A stretch of 64,000 bases of DNA from NCBI GenBank assembly GCA_965261885.1, contig CBDHDY010000039.1, positions 94,623 to 158,622 on the forward strand, read 5' to 3'. Below the pieces are notes generated by a model, which made no database searches, was not told the origin of the DNA, and worked only from the letters and a program-made list of their open reading frames with translations. Source of the stretch: Dehalococcoidia bacterium (GTDB taxonomy: Bacteria; Chloroflexota; Dehalococcoidia; Lucifugimonadales; UBA3495). Position numbers and translations under genes: made by a program. Positions 47,134-56,775 of this stretch are shown piece by piece (the stretch's first letter is position 1; every line of letters starts with the position of its first letter).

Positions 47134-48410
47134 GGAATTTGCTGCAAATTCTGCATGATTTTTCGCCGCCTGATTGCGATCTCTGCCCGGTCTAATGCCG
47201 AGTCAGTTGGAGACAGGGCTTCCAGTTTGCTTCTGAGATGTAATGCGTCTTCCGATTCACCCAAGCCTTCGCCGACCAACCGCATGTACTCGTTTAAAGC
47301 ATTGACGAATTCGTTGCCGGGGGGCCGCTCCTCGGTTCCCATTACAACAGTCAGCACATCGCCCGCAGTCGCTCCATATGTATGCCCAGCCGCACCGCCA
47401 GCAAATACGCTGACCCCTTCCCGGTAGAGCTCCACGACATGCTCCGGCTTGACGGTGGTTAGGACTTGAGGGCTGTGGGTAGATACGATGAATTGTGCGT
47501 TTGGGAAAGTCCGCAACAGATCCGACAGGACACGCTGCTGCCACTTCGGGTGCAAGTGCAGGTCAACCTCATCAATTAAGACAACTGCTTCAGATTCTAG
47601 CGGGTTGTCCAAATGTGGATTGCCCTGTGCCATCCTACGGGCTAGGTCGGCAACGAGTGCCAACATGATGCGGTACCCTCCGCTCAATTGAGCAATCTCT
47701 AGCGTTTCCCGTTTACCCCCTTCCGTGTTCACTGACAGGACAAACCGGAGCGGGTTAAGTTCAGTGTGAAGTTCAGATACCCCGTTCAAGACGCCAGTGA
47801 TGGCATCGCGTACCGCGCGAAGCTCCTTAAGTTGGAAGCTGAAGTCGCGCAGTTGCCTCTGAAGTCTTAGCTCCTCATTTTCCTTGGTGTGGAACCAAAT
47901 AAAAAAGCCTCGAAAGTTGGTTCGAACAGAAAATGCGCCGTCAAGAGCCTGATAACGAGAAAATTCTTGCGTGAAACCACGCCGTCTCTGAGGTATTTCA
48001 AAGACGGCGCGGTCTGTGTCATAAAATGCCAGTATTGGCAGAGCGGCTGGGTGTTTTTCGTCCCCGGCCATGTCAGCCTCTACGATTTTGTCGATCTCTT
48101 TCCTTAATTCCCTTGTTCCAATGGCCCGACGTGACCAGGGACCACGTTGCATATCCCACGTGATTCCATCCGTAGTTGACAATTCGATGCGCATCGGTCC
48201 CCACCCGCGTAGGTCGGTCTTGAGGAAGCTGATACCAGAAACTCCCGGTAGCAACGTGGGTATCCTGCCCAACCCCACGGCAATAGCGCTCAATACACTA
48301 GTCTTCCCATGCCCGTTGTCCCCATGCAATACTGTCAATTGGGGATGCAACAGCAGTTCAAGCTGATCGATAGCCCGGTAGTTTTCAATCGATACTTGCT
48401 TCAACCTCAT
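47130..48410 (-). CDS. ptuA: ABC/AAA_15-21-type ATPase, PtuA-like
   Basis: MRLKQVSIENYRAIDQLEL...LHGDNGHGKTSVLSAI (Walker A), LSGGYRIMLALVADLARRM (signature-like), VVLIDEVDLHLHPKWQQRVL (Walker B), FIVSTHSPQVL. Confidence 0.75.
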   Translation of the reverse strand: MRLKQVSIENYRAIDQLELLLHPQLTVLHGDNGHGKTSVLSAIAVGLGRIPTLLPGVSGISFLKTDLRGWGPMRIELSTTDGITWDMQRGPWSRRAIGTRELRKEIDKIVEADMAGDEKHPAALPILAFYDTDRAVFEIPQRRRGFTQEFSRYQALDGAFSVRTNFRGFFIWFHTKENEELRLQRQLRDFSFQLKELRAVRDAITGVLNGVSELHTELNPLRFVLSVNTEGGKRETLEIAQLSGGYRIMLALVADLARRMAQGNPHLDNPLESEAVVLIDEVDLHLHPKWQQRVLSDLLRTFPNAQFIVSTHSPQVLTTVKPEHVVELYREGVSVFAGGAAGHTYGATAGDVLTVVMGTEERPPGNEFVNALNEYMRLVGEGLGESEDALHLRSKLEALSPTDSALDRAEIAIRRRKIMQNLQQIP

Positions 48411-48910
48411 GGCCAGCCATCATCCTAATCTTAAGCGTAGTTTCACGCAGGTTACCTACATTTTCTAAAAACAGAGTAACACAACACACCCTCCCTCCTT
48501 TACGGTGTCGTAATGCCTCATCACTAATTGACGAGGGTACTTCCTCTATCAGTACCTTGGGCAAGGACTGGTTGGCAAGACTTGGGTCAGCCCATCTCAC
48601 CTCCAAGTCAAGGTTAGGTGCCGAAAATTCAGGCGCCCCAGATTTGGCTCTCAAGCCAGAAAAGCCAAAATTAGTCCGATCGTGTTGAGCGCCTGTGCCG
48701 AGATACCCAAACGATTTGGCCCAACCTGCTGAAGCCTAGATGGCTGCCAAGAACGAGAATGGTGCGGCGGGCTATACGCTATAGCATACGAAACTGCACA
48801 TACAACTCCCAAGCGCTACGCACCTCTGATTTGTCCGGTGCCATAGTGCCTTGGGCGAAGCCGATTCCTGGGAGTTTGAAGTCGACTCAAAGTTGACTAA
48901 ACGCGGCAAC

Positions 48911-49500
48911 TAAGCCTCTGTGCCCATGGGGTCTGCATCAGGCTCAAGCACCCGCTTCACCGTACCCAGAGAGACCTCCATTAACCCGGCCACCCGTCTG
49001 ATTGACGGGGTATCACTGTACATCCGGCGGCACTCCTGCACCGGTTCCGGCGTGAGCGCCAGCGGACGCCCGGGTTTTCTTCCTTTCCCTTGGCGCGTTC
49101 CAGGCCTGCCCTTATCAGCTGACTGATGGACTCCACGTGGTCGGTGGAATGGCCATCATGATCCGGCGATAGAACTTCGCCGCGGCGCTGTCGTCTGTCG
49201 TGTTGATGCCCTCCTGGTGGCAACGATGCCGGTCCACTGCTTCTTCAGGTCCGACTGAATCCTGCCCCCGTCGAAGTTCCTGCTGAAGCGATCCAGCCAA
49301 GCCACCGGGATTGGTGTCTTAAGGCCGCACGCGGGTCATCAGCTCACTGTAAGCTGGGAGGGACATTGAGCTGCCACTCATCTCGCCATCGAAGATGTGC
49401 TCCTCGCGGATACCCTACTCCTGCACGATGTGGGGGTGGGTCTCCAGGTTCCTAATGGCCGTCTTTCAGCTTTGTGCCGGCGCTCAACCGATACGCTCAT
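48911..49500 (-). pseudogene. Decayed copy of the small serine recombinase
   Basis: Fragments in several frames (GIREEHIFDGEMSG / VWLDRFSRNFD-like / GINTTDDSAAAKFYRRIMMA / ISQLIRAGLERAKGK / VAGLMEVSLGTVKRV) are collinear with 43062-43655. Confidence 0.7.
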
Positions 49501-49505
49501 CACGC

Positions 49506-50056
49506 TCACAGCCGGCTAACCCATTCGTGGTGAGCCCCGGCCAGCTCGACGTACCTCTGGGTGTCGGTCATAGAAGTGTGGCCCAGCCATTTCTGTAGCA
49601 CCGGAATAGGCACGCCCCACAGGACGCAGTTGCGGCCGTAGGTATGCCGGAAGGCATGGGGATGGGCCCTGGTTGGGTCGATCCCCACCTGGCGGGCCGC
49701 CTCTTTCATCACTTGGCCGATCCTTTGGCGAGATATATCAATCATCGGCTGGTAATGGTCCTTGTTGTGGAACGACGCCAGGTCGCGCAGACTCTCAACC
49801 AGGTCAGCCGGCACCGGGACCTCACGGCCCTTGCGCGCCTTGTTGCCCGGCGAGTCGGCCTGGACACGATTATCGGTGGGTCCTGATCAAGGCGCAGGTC
49901 AACTCGCCGTAGCGCAAGGGCCTCGGACACCCGCAGGCCAGTCTTCAGCATGATCTTGAAGGCCATGCGTGTTGGGTAGGAAGGAGCGGAGTCGACCATG
50001 GCGACGGCTTCCTCTTCAGCGAAGTAGTCGGGGATCTTCTTGAGGCTGCAGGGCAC
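49506..50056 (-). pseudogene. 183-aa-type tyrosine recombinase, 1-nt deletion
   Basis: It is collinear with 62290-62841. The frame is lost after LDQDPPIIV (atcgtg-tccaggcc vs atcgtggtgcgggcc near 49865) and resumes as PADLVESLRDLASFHNKDHY...HAFRHTYG...LGHTSMTDTQRY. Confidence 0.8.
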
Positions 50057-50184
50057 TCTACTGCCTTATAGCTACCCTTTAGAAAGTGACGCCTCGAATA
50101 TAGCCCACGGGAGGGGAGTATGCAGAGCTGGTTAGGGTGGGAATTCCCGGGGTCGCTTTCCAAAATCGCGGATAAGCGCAAGTG
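49506..50184. repeat. Inverted repeat arm A (~680 bp: recombinase gene + ~130 bp upstream)
   Basis: Its reverse complement aligns with 62162-62841 from CACTTGCGCTTATCCG... to the stop codon. Confidence 0.85.
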
Positions 50185-50366
50185 ACGGAGTTGGTCCTTG
50201 CTGCTCAATACCGTCGGGTGGTCAAGTTCGTTCGAAGGCCTACAAATCCACCTTCAGAGTGATTGGGGACAACGAGCGCTTTAATACTCGGAAAGGCGGG
50301 ACTAAACTTCACTAGATATATCTTTTTGCTTCCCAGAATGACTGATTACTTAGGAGGTTGCTGACA

Positions 50367-53069
50367 GTGACCGACCAAGGACAAACTGGACAGGTACCGT
50401 CTGTTGAGCTAACACAACCTGCTCATGATCAAATTTGTGCAGGAGATGCATCCGAAGACAATGGTACTAACGCAAGCAATGGCGAGGCCATGAACCTTAG
50501 TGCGCAATCTTCCCCAACTTCTGGCCTTGCGTTACTCATCGAGTGGGCAAATGGCCAAGATCACTGGGTTCGCGAGATCGTAGACAAGGTGATCAAGACA
50601 CCCGGTCTACTCTCTGACGAGCACGTGACCACAATTTACGAGCTATTTCTGCGCGAGAAGAAGCTTGCCCAAGGGGATCGTCCGATCGTAGAACGACTCT
50701 CGTCCTCCCAATTCTCAGGGACAACGGCGATGGCTCTGAGGCTCGTATCGCTTGAGCATATAGAGAATGTGAACGCGCTGACACCGGATCAGGAGATCAA
50801 ATTTCACGAACGCCTAACGGTCTGTTTTGGCGAGAACGGGAGCGGCAAGACGGGCTATGTGCGGATCCTGAAGCAAGCGGCAGGTGTCCGTACAGCACAG
50901 CCGGTTTTGCGGAATATCCATGCCGACGGGCCCGGACGGACGCCGCGGGCTAGAATTAAAATCGCCTGCGGCGATGCACTGCGCACGATCGACTGGCAAG
51001 GAGAGCAAGGCATCGAGCCCCTCGGTAGCGTGGTTATATTCGACGCGGGTGCCGCTGTAGTCCACATCGCTGAAGATTTAACTTACTCATACACGCCGAC
51101 AGACCTTTCGTTGTTCCCATTGGTTACGGACGGCATCGACCGGGTGCAAAGGAAAATACAAACCTCCAAAGAGGAGCGAGAATCCCATAAAAATCCGACA
51201 GAGAATCGTTTCCCACAAGAGAGTCGGCTATACGAGATAACCAAGAATCTCGGAGCCTCAACCAAGCTCCCAGAGATCGAGGCGCTGGCTGAAATTCCGG
51301 ATGAGGAAGAAGCCATCCTACCAAGCCTCAGAGAAAAGGTAACTGCTCTCAGTACTGGAGCGGTTCGTCAGCAGATTGCAGTGAAGGGCCAAGAGAGAGA
51401 TGCGCTCGCACAGGTAGTTTCCATTGGCCAGACCATTGCGGACTTCGACCGCGACGCTTACTTAGAGGCGGTTCTTGCCCTGCGGTCAGCCCGTGCCAAC
51501 CACGAACAGGCTACACGGGAAGCGTTAGCTGGCGAGAACATACCGGGAGTCCTGGGAAAAGCTTGGCAAGATTTTGTTGAGGCGGCCGAACGCTACATTA
51601 AAGAAGTCGGCCTCGACCCATACCCAGAGTCAGATGGTTCATGTATCTACTGCCGACAGGCTCTGGATAGTGCTGCAGTCGGATTGATTCAGAAATACCG
51701 AGATTACTGCAACGCTGCGCTGCGTCGGGAGGTAGAGCGGGCCAATGAGCGTCTCCGTGAACTCTGTGTAGCGATGACCAATCTCCAACTGGATGACAAT
51801 GAACGCGACCTCGACCGTCTTCTTGAAGCAGTCTCGGGTCCCAGTAACTCACAACCAGCCCTGGCAGCAGCACTGGAGGTGATTCAGCAAGGACGAGTCC
51901 TCTATAAGGTGATCTCGGACGAGGGGGACTGCCCGCCTACAGCCGATGATGTCCGGCTTCCGCTAAGCATCGTCACTGCCGGTGCGGAAGCGGCCAAGAT
52001 TGCGTCGAACGATCTGAGTAAAGAGGGTGAGGATCGCGAGCAAGTACTTGAGGAAGAACGAACGCGCCTACAGGACCTTGAGGAAAGGCTTACGCTTCGT
52101 GAGCTGATGCCAGCTATAGGAGGCTATGTCCAAGCCGCCGAATGGGCGAATCGCTGCACGTTATACCTGCGATCATTCCAAGGTATCAAGCGGAGCCTGA
52201 CCGATACGGCGAAGCGTGCCAGCACCGAGATGATGAATCGGCATTTCCAGAGTCTCTTCCGCGAGGAATGTCAATCACTCCACGCTCCCACAGTAACACT
52301 CGAATTCCCAGGTCGTGAAGGTCAGGCTCTCCGACGGAAGGTCTTGACTCCTGAGCACGGACTTTGTGAAATTTTGTCAGAGGGAGAGCAAAAGGTTATA
52401 GCTTTGGCCGACTTCCTGGCAGAAGCAACTTTGAACCCTGACCGTTCACCGATCGTACTCGACGATCCTGTCACAAGCTTAGACCACAAGCGGATGCGCC
52501 ATGTCGTGGATCGCCTGGTTGAACTATCCCAAAACCGACAGGTTGTTGTGTTTACGCACGATATCTTGTTCGCGGCGGAACTGTTGGGACGCTTTGAGGT
52601 GGACCCGAAAGGGTGCGCTTTCTATGACGTAACAGTCGAGGACGATCGCATCGGGTTACTTGAGGGCGGATCTCATCCCAGAACGGATACCTTCAATGAC
52701 CGACGCAAGCACATTTCAGACCTAATTGAACAGGCGGACAAGGAGACTGGTAAAGAAAGGCAATCCTTGGTTGTAAAGGGCTACGAGGAGCTGAGGGGGG
52801 CATGTGAGATCGTCGTTGAAAAGGACCTCCTCAAGGGCGTGACCGAACGCTATCGACCTAATGTAAGGATGACCGTTTTGCGTCAGATTAGAGCGGACCG
52901 CCTTCCCGATGCAATACAGAAAATCCTATCGATTTTCGAGAAGTGTTCCCGTATCATCTCATCACATTCGCAGCCTCTAGTCACAAGAGGAGTACGCACG
53001 CCCCTTGACGAATTGAAAGATGATTGGAAGACACTACAGGACACTAGGCGGGAATACTTGCGGGAATAA
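50367..53069 (+). CDS. AAA_13-type ABC ATPase with coiled-coil CxxC hook and C-terminal Rx4H motif (RloC/PrrC-like, tentative)
   Basis: GTG at 50367 lies 9 nt after AGGAGG (the ORF track starts at TTG 50358). Walker A is FGENGSGKTGYVRILK. A ~330-aa helical insert contains CIYC (51642-51653). LSEGEQKVIALADFLAEA...PIVLDDPVTSLDHKRM...QVVVFTHD follows. The C-terminus is EKCSRIISSHSQP (R 52950, H 52965). A ~150-aa N-terminal extension is unassigned. Confidence 0.65.
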   Translation: MTDQGQTGQVPSVELTQPAHDQICAGDASEDNGTNASNGEAMNLSAQSSPTSGLALLIEWANGQDHWVREIVDKVIKTPGLLSDEHVTTIYELFLREKKLAQGDRPIVERLSSSQFSGTTAMALRLVSLEHIENVNALTPDQEIKFHERLTVCFGENGSGKTGYVRILKQAAGVRTAQPVLRNIHADGPGRTPRARIKIACGDALRTIDWQGEQGIEPLGSVVIFDAGAAVVHIAEDLTYSYTPTDLSLFPLVTDGIDRVQRKIQTSKEERESHKNPTENRFPQESRLYEITKNLGASTKLPEIEALAEIPDEEEAILPSLREKVTALSTGAVRQQIAVKGQERDALAQVVSIGQTIADFDRDAYLEAVLALRSARANHEQATREALAGENIPGVLGKAWQDFVEAAERYIKEVGLDPYPESDGSCIYCRQALDSAAVGLIQKYRDYCNAALRREVERANERLRELCVAMTNLQLDDNERDLDRLLEAVSGPSNSQPALAAALEVIQQGRVLYKVISDEGDCPPTADDVRLPLSIVTAGAEAAKIASNDLSKEGEDREQVLEEERTRLQDLEERLTLRELMPAIGGYVQAAEWANRCTLYLRSFQGIKRSLTDTAKRASTEMMNRHFQSLFREECQSLHAPTVTLEFPGREGQALRRKVLTPEHGLCEILSEGEQKVIALADFLAEATLNPDRSPIVLDDPVTSLDHKRMRHVVDRLVELSQNRQVVVFTHDILFAAELLGRFEVDPKGCAFYDVTVEDDRIGLLEGGSHPRTDTFNDRRKHISDLIEQADKETGKERQSLVVKGYEELRGACEIVVEKDLLKGVTERYRPNVRMTVLRQIRADRLPDAIQKILSIFEKCSRIISSHSQPLVTRGVRTPLDELKDDWKTLQDTRREYLRE

Positions 53070-53076
53070 TCTCTAC

Positions 53077-53489
53077 CCTAGCAGCCCGTCCGAGGAATGG
53101 CTCCCTGGCGGGAATTCATTTGGGATGTCCATCCGGCGTAGATAAGCAGCCATCCCGGATTCACCTTCTCCAACCCCCGCAGCAGGAACCGTCGGAAACC
53201 ACGCCCCTGCTTGATCTGCCCGAAAACCGGCTCCACCGTATGCATCAATAGCGCGTAACGCTTCGGGCCTCGTTTCGTTCCCAGCTGGCGCCGCATCTGC
53301 TCCCTGGCCGACAACTCCTGGGGTATCCGCCCCTAGCAGCGTGTCCGAGGATTAGATTTTGGAGACGAAAAGCGCCACTTCCTAATCTTATTGGTGACTA
53401 ATAGGCTCCAACAAAACAGTTATCGGAATAATTAACTTTGTTGATGACGAGATACGTTTAGAACATTGTTTCTCAGACAGGCTGCTAGG
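53077..53489 (-). mobile_element. IS remnant: transposase C-terminal fragment plus three copies of a terminal-repeat motif
   Basis: CCTAGCAGC(C/G)(C/T)GTC occurs directly at 53077-53090 and 53332-53345 and inverted at 53476-53489. ORF 53078-53314 reads ...YALLMHTVEPVFGQIKQGRGFRRFLLRGLEKV, a DDE transposase tail. Confidence 0.5.
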
Positions 53490-53819
53490 CGGCGGTACGG
53501 GCTTGGTGCCGTGTCGGCTCTACTCCGGTGTGAGGAACAGGTTTACTCCCAAAACTCAGAGTTCATCCAACGCCTTGGCTGAGTAATACCAGGCGTTGGC
53601 GGAAATCTCTTCAGGGGGCGTGCTCACGTTGCCTGTAGCCTCCTCCACTATGGACACCTTCGCTCCATTGGGGATTACCGACCTTACAGGAGCAGGGTGT
53701 CCCTGAAAAGCCTAGGCTTTCAACTTGCTGGTACTCTGGTTTGTGCCCTCGATTACGTCGGCTCAACGGAACCCATCTTGTGCGAAGGACAAAATCACCC
53801 GGCAGATGCAGTTTGAGGT

Positions 53820-54857
53820 TCATCTCCGGAGATCGCCCCGGTGATAGCGGGCCACCGCGCCCTTGCCTGCGGCCTGGGCCTCCGTGTACCTGGCCGGCAT
53901 GGTGGGGCTGTCCCACCTTCCCGCGGTCATCAGCTCCGGCAGCTCAGCCCCCGCGGCGCTCAAGTCCTGGGCCATGCCCACCCGGGGCGAGTGGGCGCTG
54001 AAGCCCTCGCCCAGGCCCGCCATCTTGGTCGCCGCCTTGATTCTCCGGGAGATCTGTCGGGACGACAGTCCGAAGACGCTGGCGCCCGGGTCGATCACTG
54101 CCTCCTGGGGCCGGATGGCCAGCAACGCGTCCACGGCCGCGGGGCCCAGGTAGAGCACCGCCCCCTCTGCAGTCTGGTCTGTCTTAGACCTCAGCACGTG
54201 CAGCCGACCCGAGCCATCGGTGTGGAACTCGAGGTCTCCCCACCGGAGCGCCGAGGCTTCGGAGCCGCGGAGCAGACCGTCCCGCATCACCTCCAGGAGC
54301 GCTACGTCCACCGCGGCTCGCATCGCGGCCTGGGACTCGGTCTCCTTGCGCCGGCGCTTGCCTTGGTGGACCCGCTGGATCCGCGCCGTGGCCTTGACCG
54401 CAGCCAGGCGCTCGTTGGTCAGGCCATTCGCCTGCTTGCGCGGCTTTCCGTACTCCCTGCCCAGCCGTTTCATGGTGGCCTTCACCAGCGGCCGCGATGT
54501 CGGGTCGGGGTGTCCGCCCAGCCGGTGGGCCGCGGCGATCGCCGCCAGGCGCATGCGCGCGGTGGCCAGCGTCTTGCCTTCCGTTTCCACCAAGTGCTCG
54601 ATGTAACGGCCGACGTCGGTCGCGACTGACGGCAGCCCTGCGCACTGGTGCTCGATGCACCAGCTGGTGAAGTGATTCCAGCCGGCGACGTAGGCGCGCC
54701 TGGTGTTGGGCGACCAGCTGCGGGCCTCGGCCCTGGCGTCGGCCAGGACATCGACACCGGCCGGCGTGGCGGGCGCTCCGTCTGGAAGCGTCAGAGGGAG
54801 TGCCTGTGTTTCCCGGGAAACGGTCTGAACGTGGGCGGCCTCAGTTCCGGTTGTCAT
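53820..54857 (-). CDS. Tyrosine integrase (phage-integrase family)
   Basis: The start is taken at ATG 54857 (MTTGTEAAHV). The SAM-like N-domain is NTRRAYVAGWNHFTSWC. The catalytic residues are LLRGSEASALRWGDL (R), HSPRVGMAQDL (HxxR) and GRWDSPTMPARY (Y). Confidence 0.85.
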   Translation of the reverse strand: MTTGTEAAHVQTVSRETQALPLTLPDGAPATPAGVDVLADARAEARSWSPNTRRAYVAGWNHFTSWCIEHQCAGLPSVATDVGRYIEHLVETEGKTLATARMRLAAIAAAHRLGGHPDPTSRPLVKATMKRLGREYGKPRKQANGLTNERLAAVKATARIQRVHQGKRRRKETESQAAMRAAVDVALLEVMRDGLLRGSEASALRWGDLEFHTDGSGRLHVLRSKTDQTAEGAVLYLGPAAVDALLAIRPQEAVIDPGASVFGLSSRQISRRIKAATKMAGLGEGFSAHSPRVGMAQDLSAAGAELPELMTAGRWDSPTMPARYTEAQAAGKGAVARYHRGDLRR

Positions 54858-55074
54858 GGTCCCCCAGCGTCGCCGAGCTGCTGGCCGGCACCGTCGTCTC
54901 CAGCACGGCTCGCTTGATCCGGCAGGGCCGACAGCCGCAACGGGCGGCGTGAGTGTCGTCCTGCAGGGCCATCTCAATCTCGAAGTAGGCCTTGTCTTTA
55001 CCGGCGGCGTATCCCTCTGCACAACAGCCGCAGGGCTCGGGGCAGTCACAGCGAGGGAGTTCTTCGTCGGTCAT
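54841..55074 (-). CDS. Cys-rich mini-protein (77 aa), CDCPEPC motif
   Basis: ATG follows GGAGG. The product is MTDEELPRCDCPEPCGCCAEGYAAGKDKAYFEIEMALQDDTHAARCGCRPCRIKR. Its 3' end overlaps the integrase start by 17 nt. Confidence 0.6.
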   Translation of the reverse strand: MTDEELPRCDCPEPCGCCAEGYAAGKDKAYFEIEMALQDDTHAARCGCRPCRIKRAVLETTVPASSSATLGDHDNRN

Positions 55075-55477
55075 GGCAGCCTCCGTGAAAATCTGAGATT
55101 TCCGATTCGCCTAATGTCTGTTCCGTTGGCCGGACGTAATCTCGACGGCCAAGTTGTCCGACATTTGGGAGTTTTCGGGCATCTTTTCCAGGTCGACCAG
55201 CCGGGTGGTCCTAAAGTTTCGTGAGTCCGCCGACTCAGGGTGTGCATGGCTGGAAACTACGGTTGCAGGATCCTATACATCAGCTATTCCAGAACCCCCT
55301 GCTCCTGCGCCCAGACAGGACCGGAGCACCTCTCCAGGTCTGCCGTTTGATGACAGCAGGCTGTTGCATCAGCACTCGGATGCCGGACCATGTGACCGAG
55401 CCCCTCAGCGCCTGACATGCAGTAAACGGCGCCGGCGCTGTCGGCTCATCCTCTCTCCGCCTCCAGGACGCCACCCC

Positions 55478-55730
55478 ATGCAGAAAGCCGCCATCTACGT
55501 CAGAGACCCCCTGCCAGCACCCGGCAGCATCACGATCCTGACGGGCAAGAACCAACCCGAACCCAGGACCGTTGCAGTCATCAGCGCCACAGCCCGGGCC
55601 CTGACGGAGATCAGACCAGTAGACCCAACCGGTACAACTCCGGTGTTCGGACTCACCGGAGAGGCGCTGCCAACCGGGTCCGAGCCGCTGCACGCGCCGC
55701 CGGCCTCGGGGATGGATTCACCGGCCGGAT
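55478..55730 (+). pseudogene. Third serine-less resolvase-domain fragment
   Basis: MQKAAIYVRDPLPAPGSI... is the same AAIYVRDPL start as 12252-12587. It is truncated and merges into integrase debris. Confidence 0.45.
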
Positions 55731-55734
55731 CGGC

Positions 55735-56268
55735 ATGGCGCGGAGGATGGTCGCCGCAGGAGCGCCCAACGCTGCGGTACAGAACCAAGGCCGGTGGAAA
55801 CACGGGGATATGGTGCACGGGTACACGCGAGGGGAATCAGCCGGAGAAGCACGGTGGAGCGACCTGCAGCAGGAGGAAAACGGTAGCGCCCGTCTCCGTA
55901 TACCTTTCTCAAAATTGGACCATACTGGAACCAGTGACTTGGTTTACGTCTCACCAAAAACGGTTGCCGCCCTACACGAGATGCGGAACAAAAACCAGGA
56001 CCATGGGATAGACAGCACGGACGACCTCATCTTTCGGATGACCACACCACAATTACGTCAGTTCATCCGCAAAGCTTGCGAAGCCGCCGGGCTGGTAGGC
56101 AGGTACGGTGCAGCATCGCCCAGAATCGGAATGGCCATGGACTTGGCCATGTCACATGTCAGCTGGGACGACCTGGCGAGACTTGGACGATGGCAGAACC
56201 CGGCCATGCCACGTCATCTCATTCGTAGGACGTACCCGGCGACTTTCGGACACACGGGCTTCCACTAG
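55735..56268 (+). pseudogene. Mosaic of tyrosine-recombinase fragments
   Basis: An integrase C-terminal end (APNAAVQNQGRWKHGDMVHGYTR) is fused head-on to a second catalytic-domain fragment (RWSDLQQEENGSARLRIPFSK...AASPRIGMAMDL...GRWQNPAMPRHLIRR). Confidence 0.6.
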
Positions 56269-56775
56269 GCCTAGGCATGGGGCGCAGACTGTAATCCAGG
56301 TCACCGTATGGACTGAAGCGGCAGAAGCGCATCGAGTTTTTCCAAGCCGGACGTAGGGTAATACCGCCAGCGGCCCGGCTGGACCGAGGCACCGGCCGTC
56401 TGTTTCTCTCCCAGGCCGTCAGCATCAGATGTCTGACGGCCTTTTTGTATTGCTGGAATTCCCCGTCTCCACCAGCTTAGACGATTTTCATCTCTCGCAA
56501 CTTCCTCGCTGCCTGGGTTCGTTCAGGAAGACACGCACTGCTCGTATCCGCCTAGGCCGGGAATGCAGGCGTGCGCCAGATCACGCGACCCGGCGTCCAA
56601 CCCAGCCAATGGAAGGGCGGAGCCTGCCCGAAGAAACTTTCCACGCGACGCCCTGCGGGCGGGAATGAGGACATCCCTCATCCCGCCCGATTTTCTTTGC
56701 TTCAAGCACCTCTATCGCCGCCTGTAGCCCATGCCGTTTCCAGGTGTGGGTCATCACGTCAGTAATTAAAAGGAG

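Noticed and set aside
46360-48910. Retron (RT + msr/msd + PtuAB) interpretation of the Septu-like locus
   Set aside because: No reverse-transcriptase ORF or fragment lies anywhere near. The upstream 500 bp shows only short generic hairpins.
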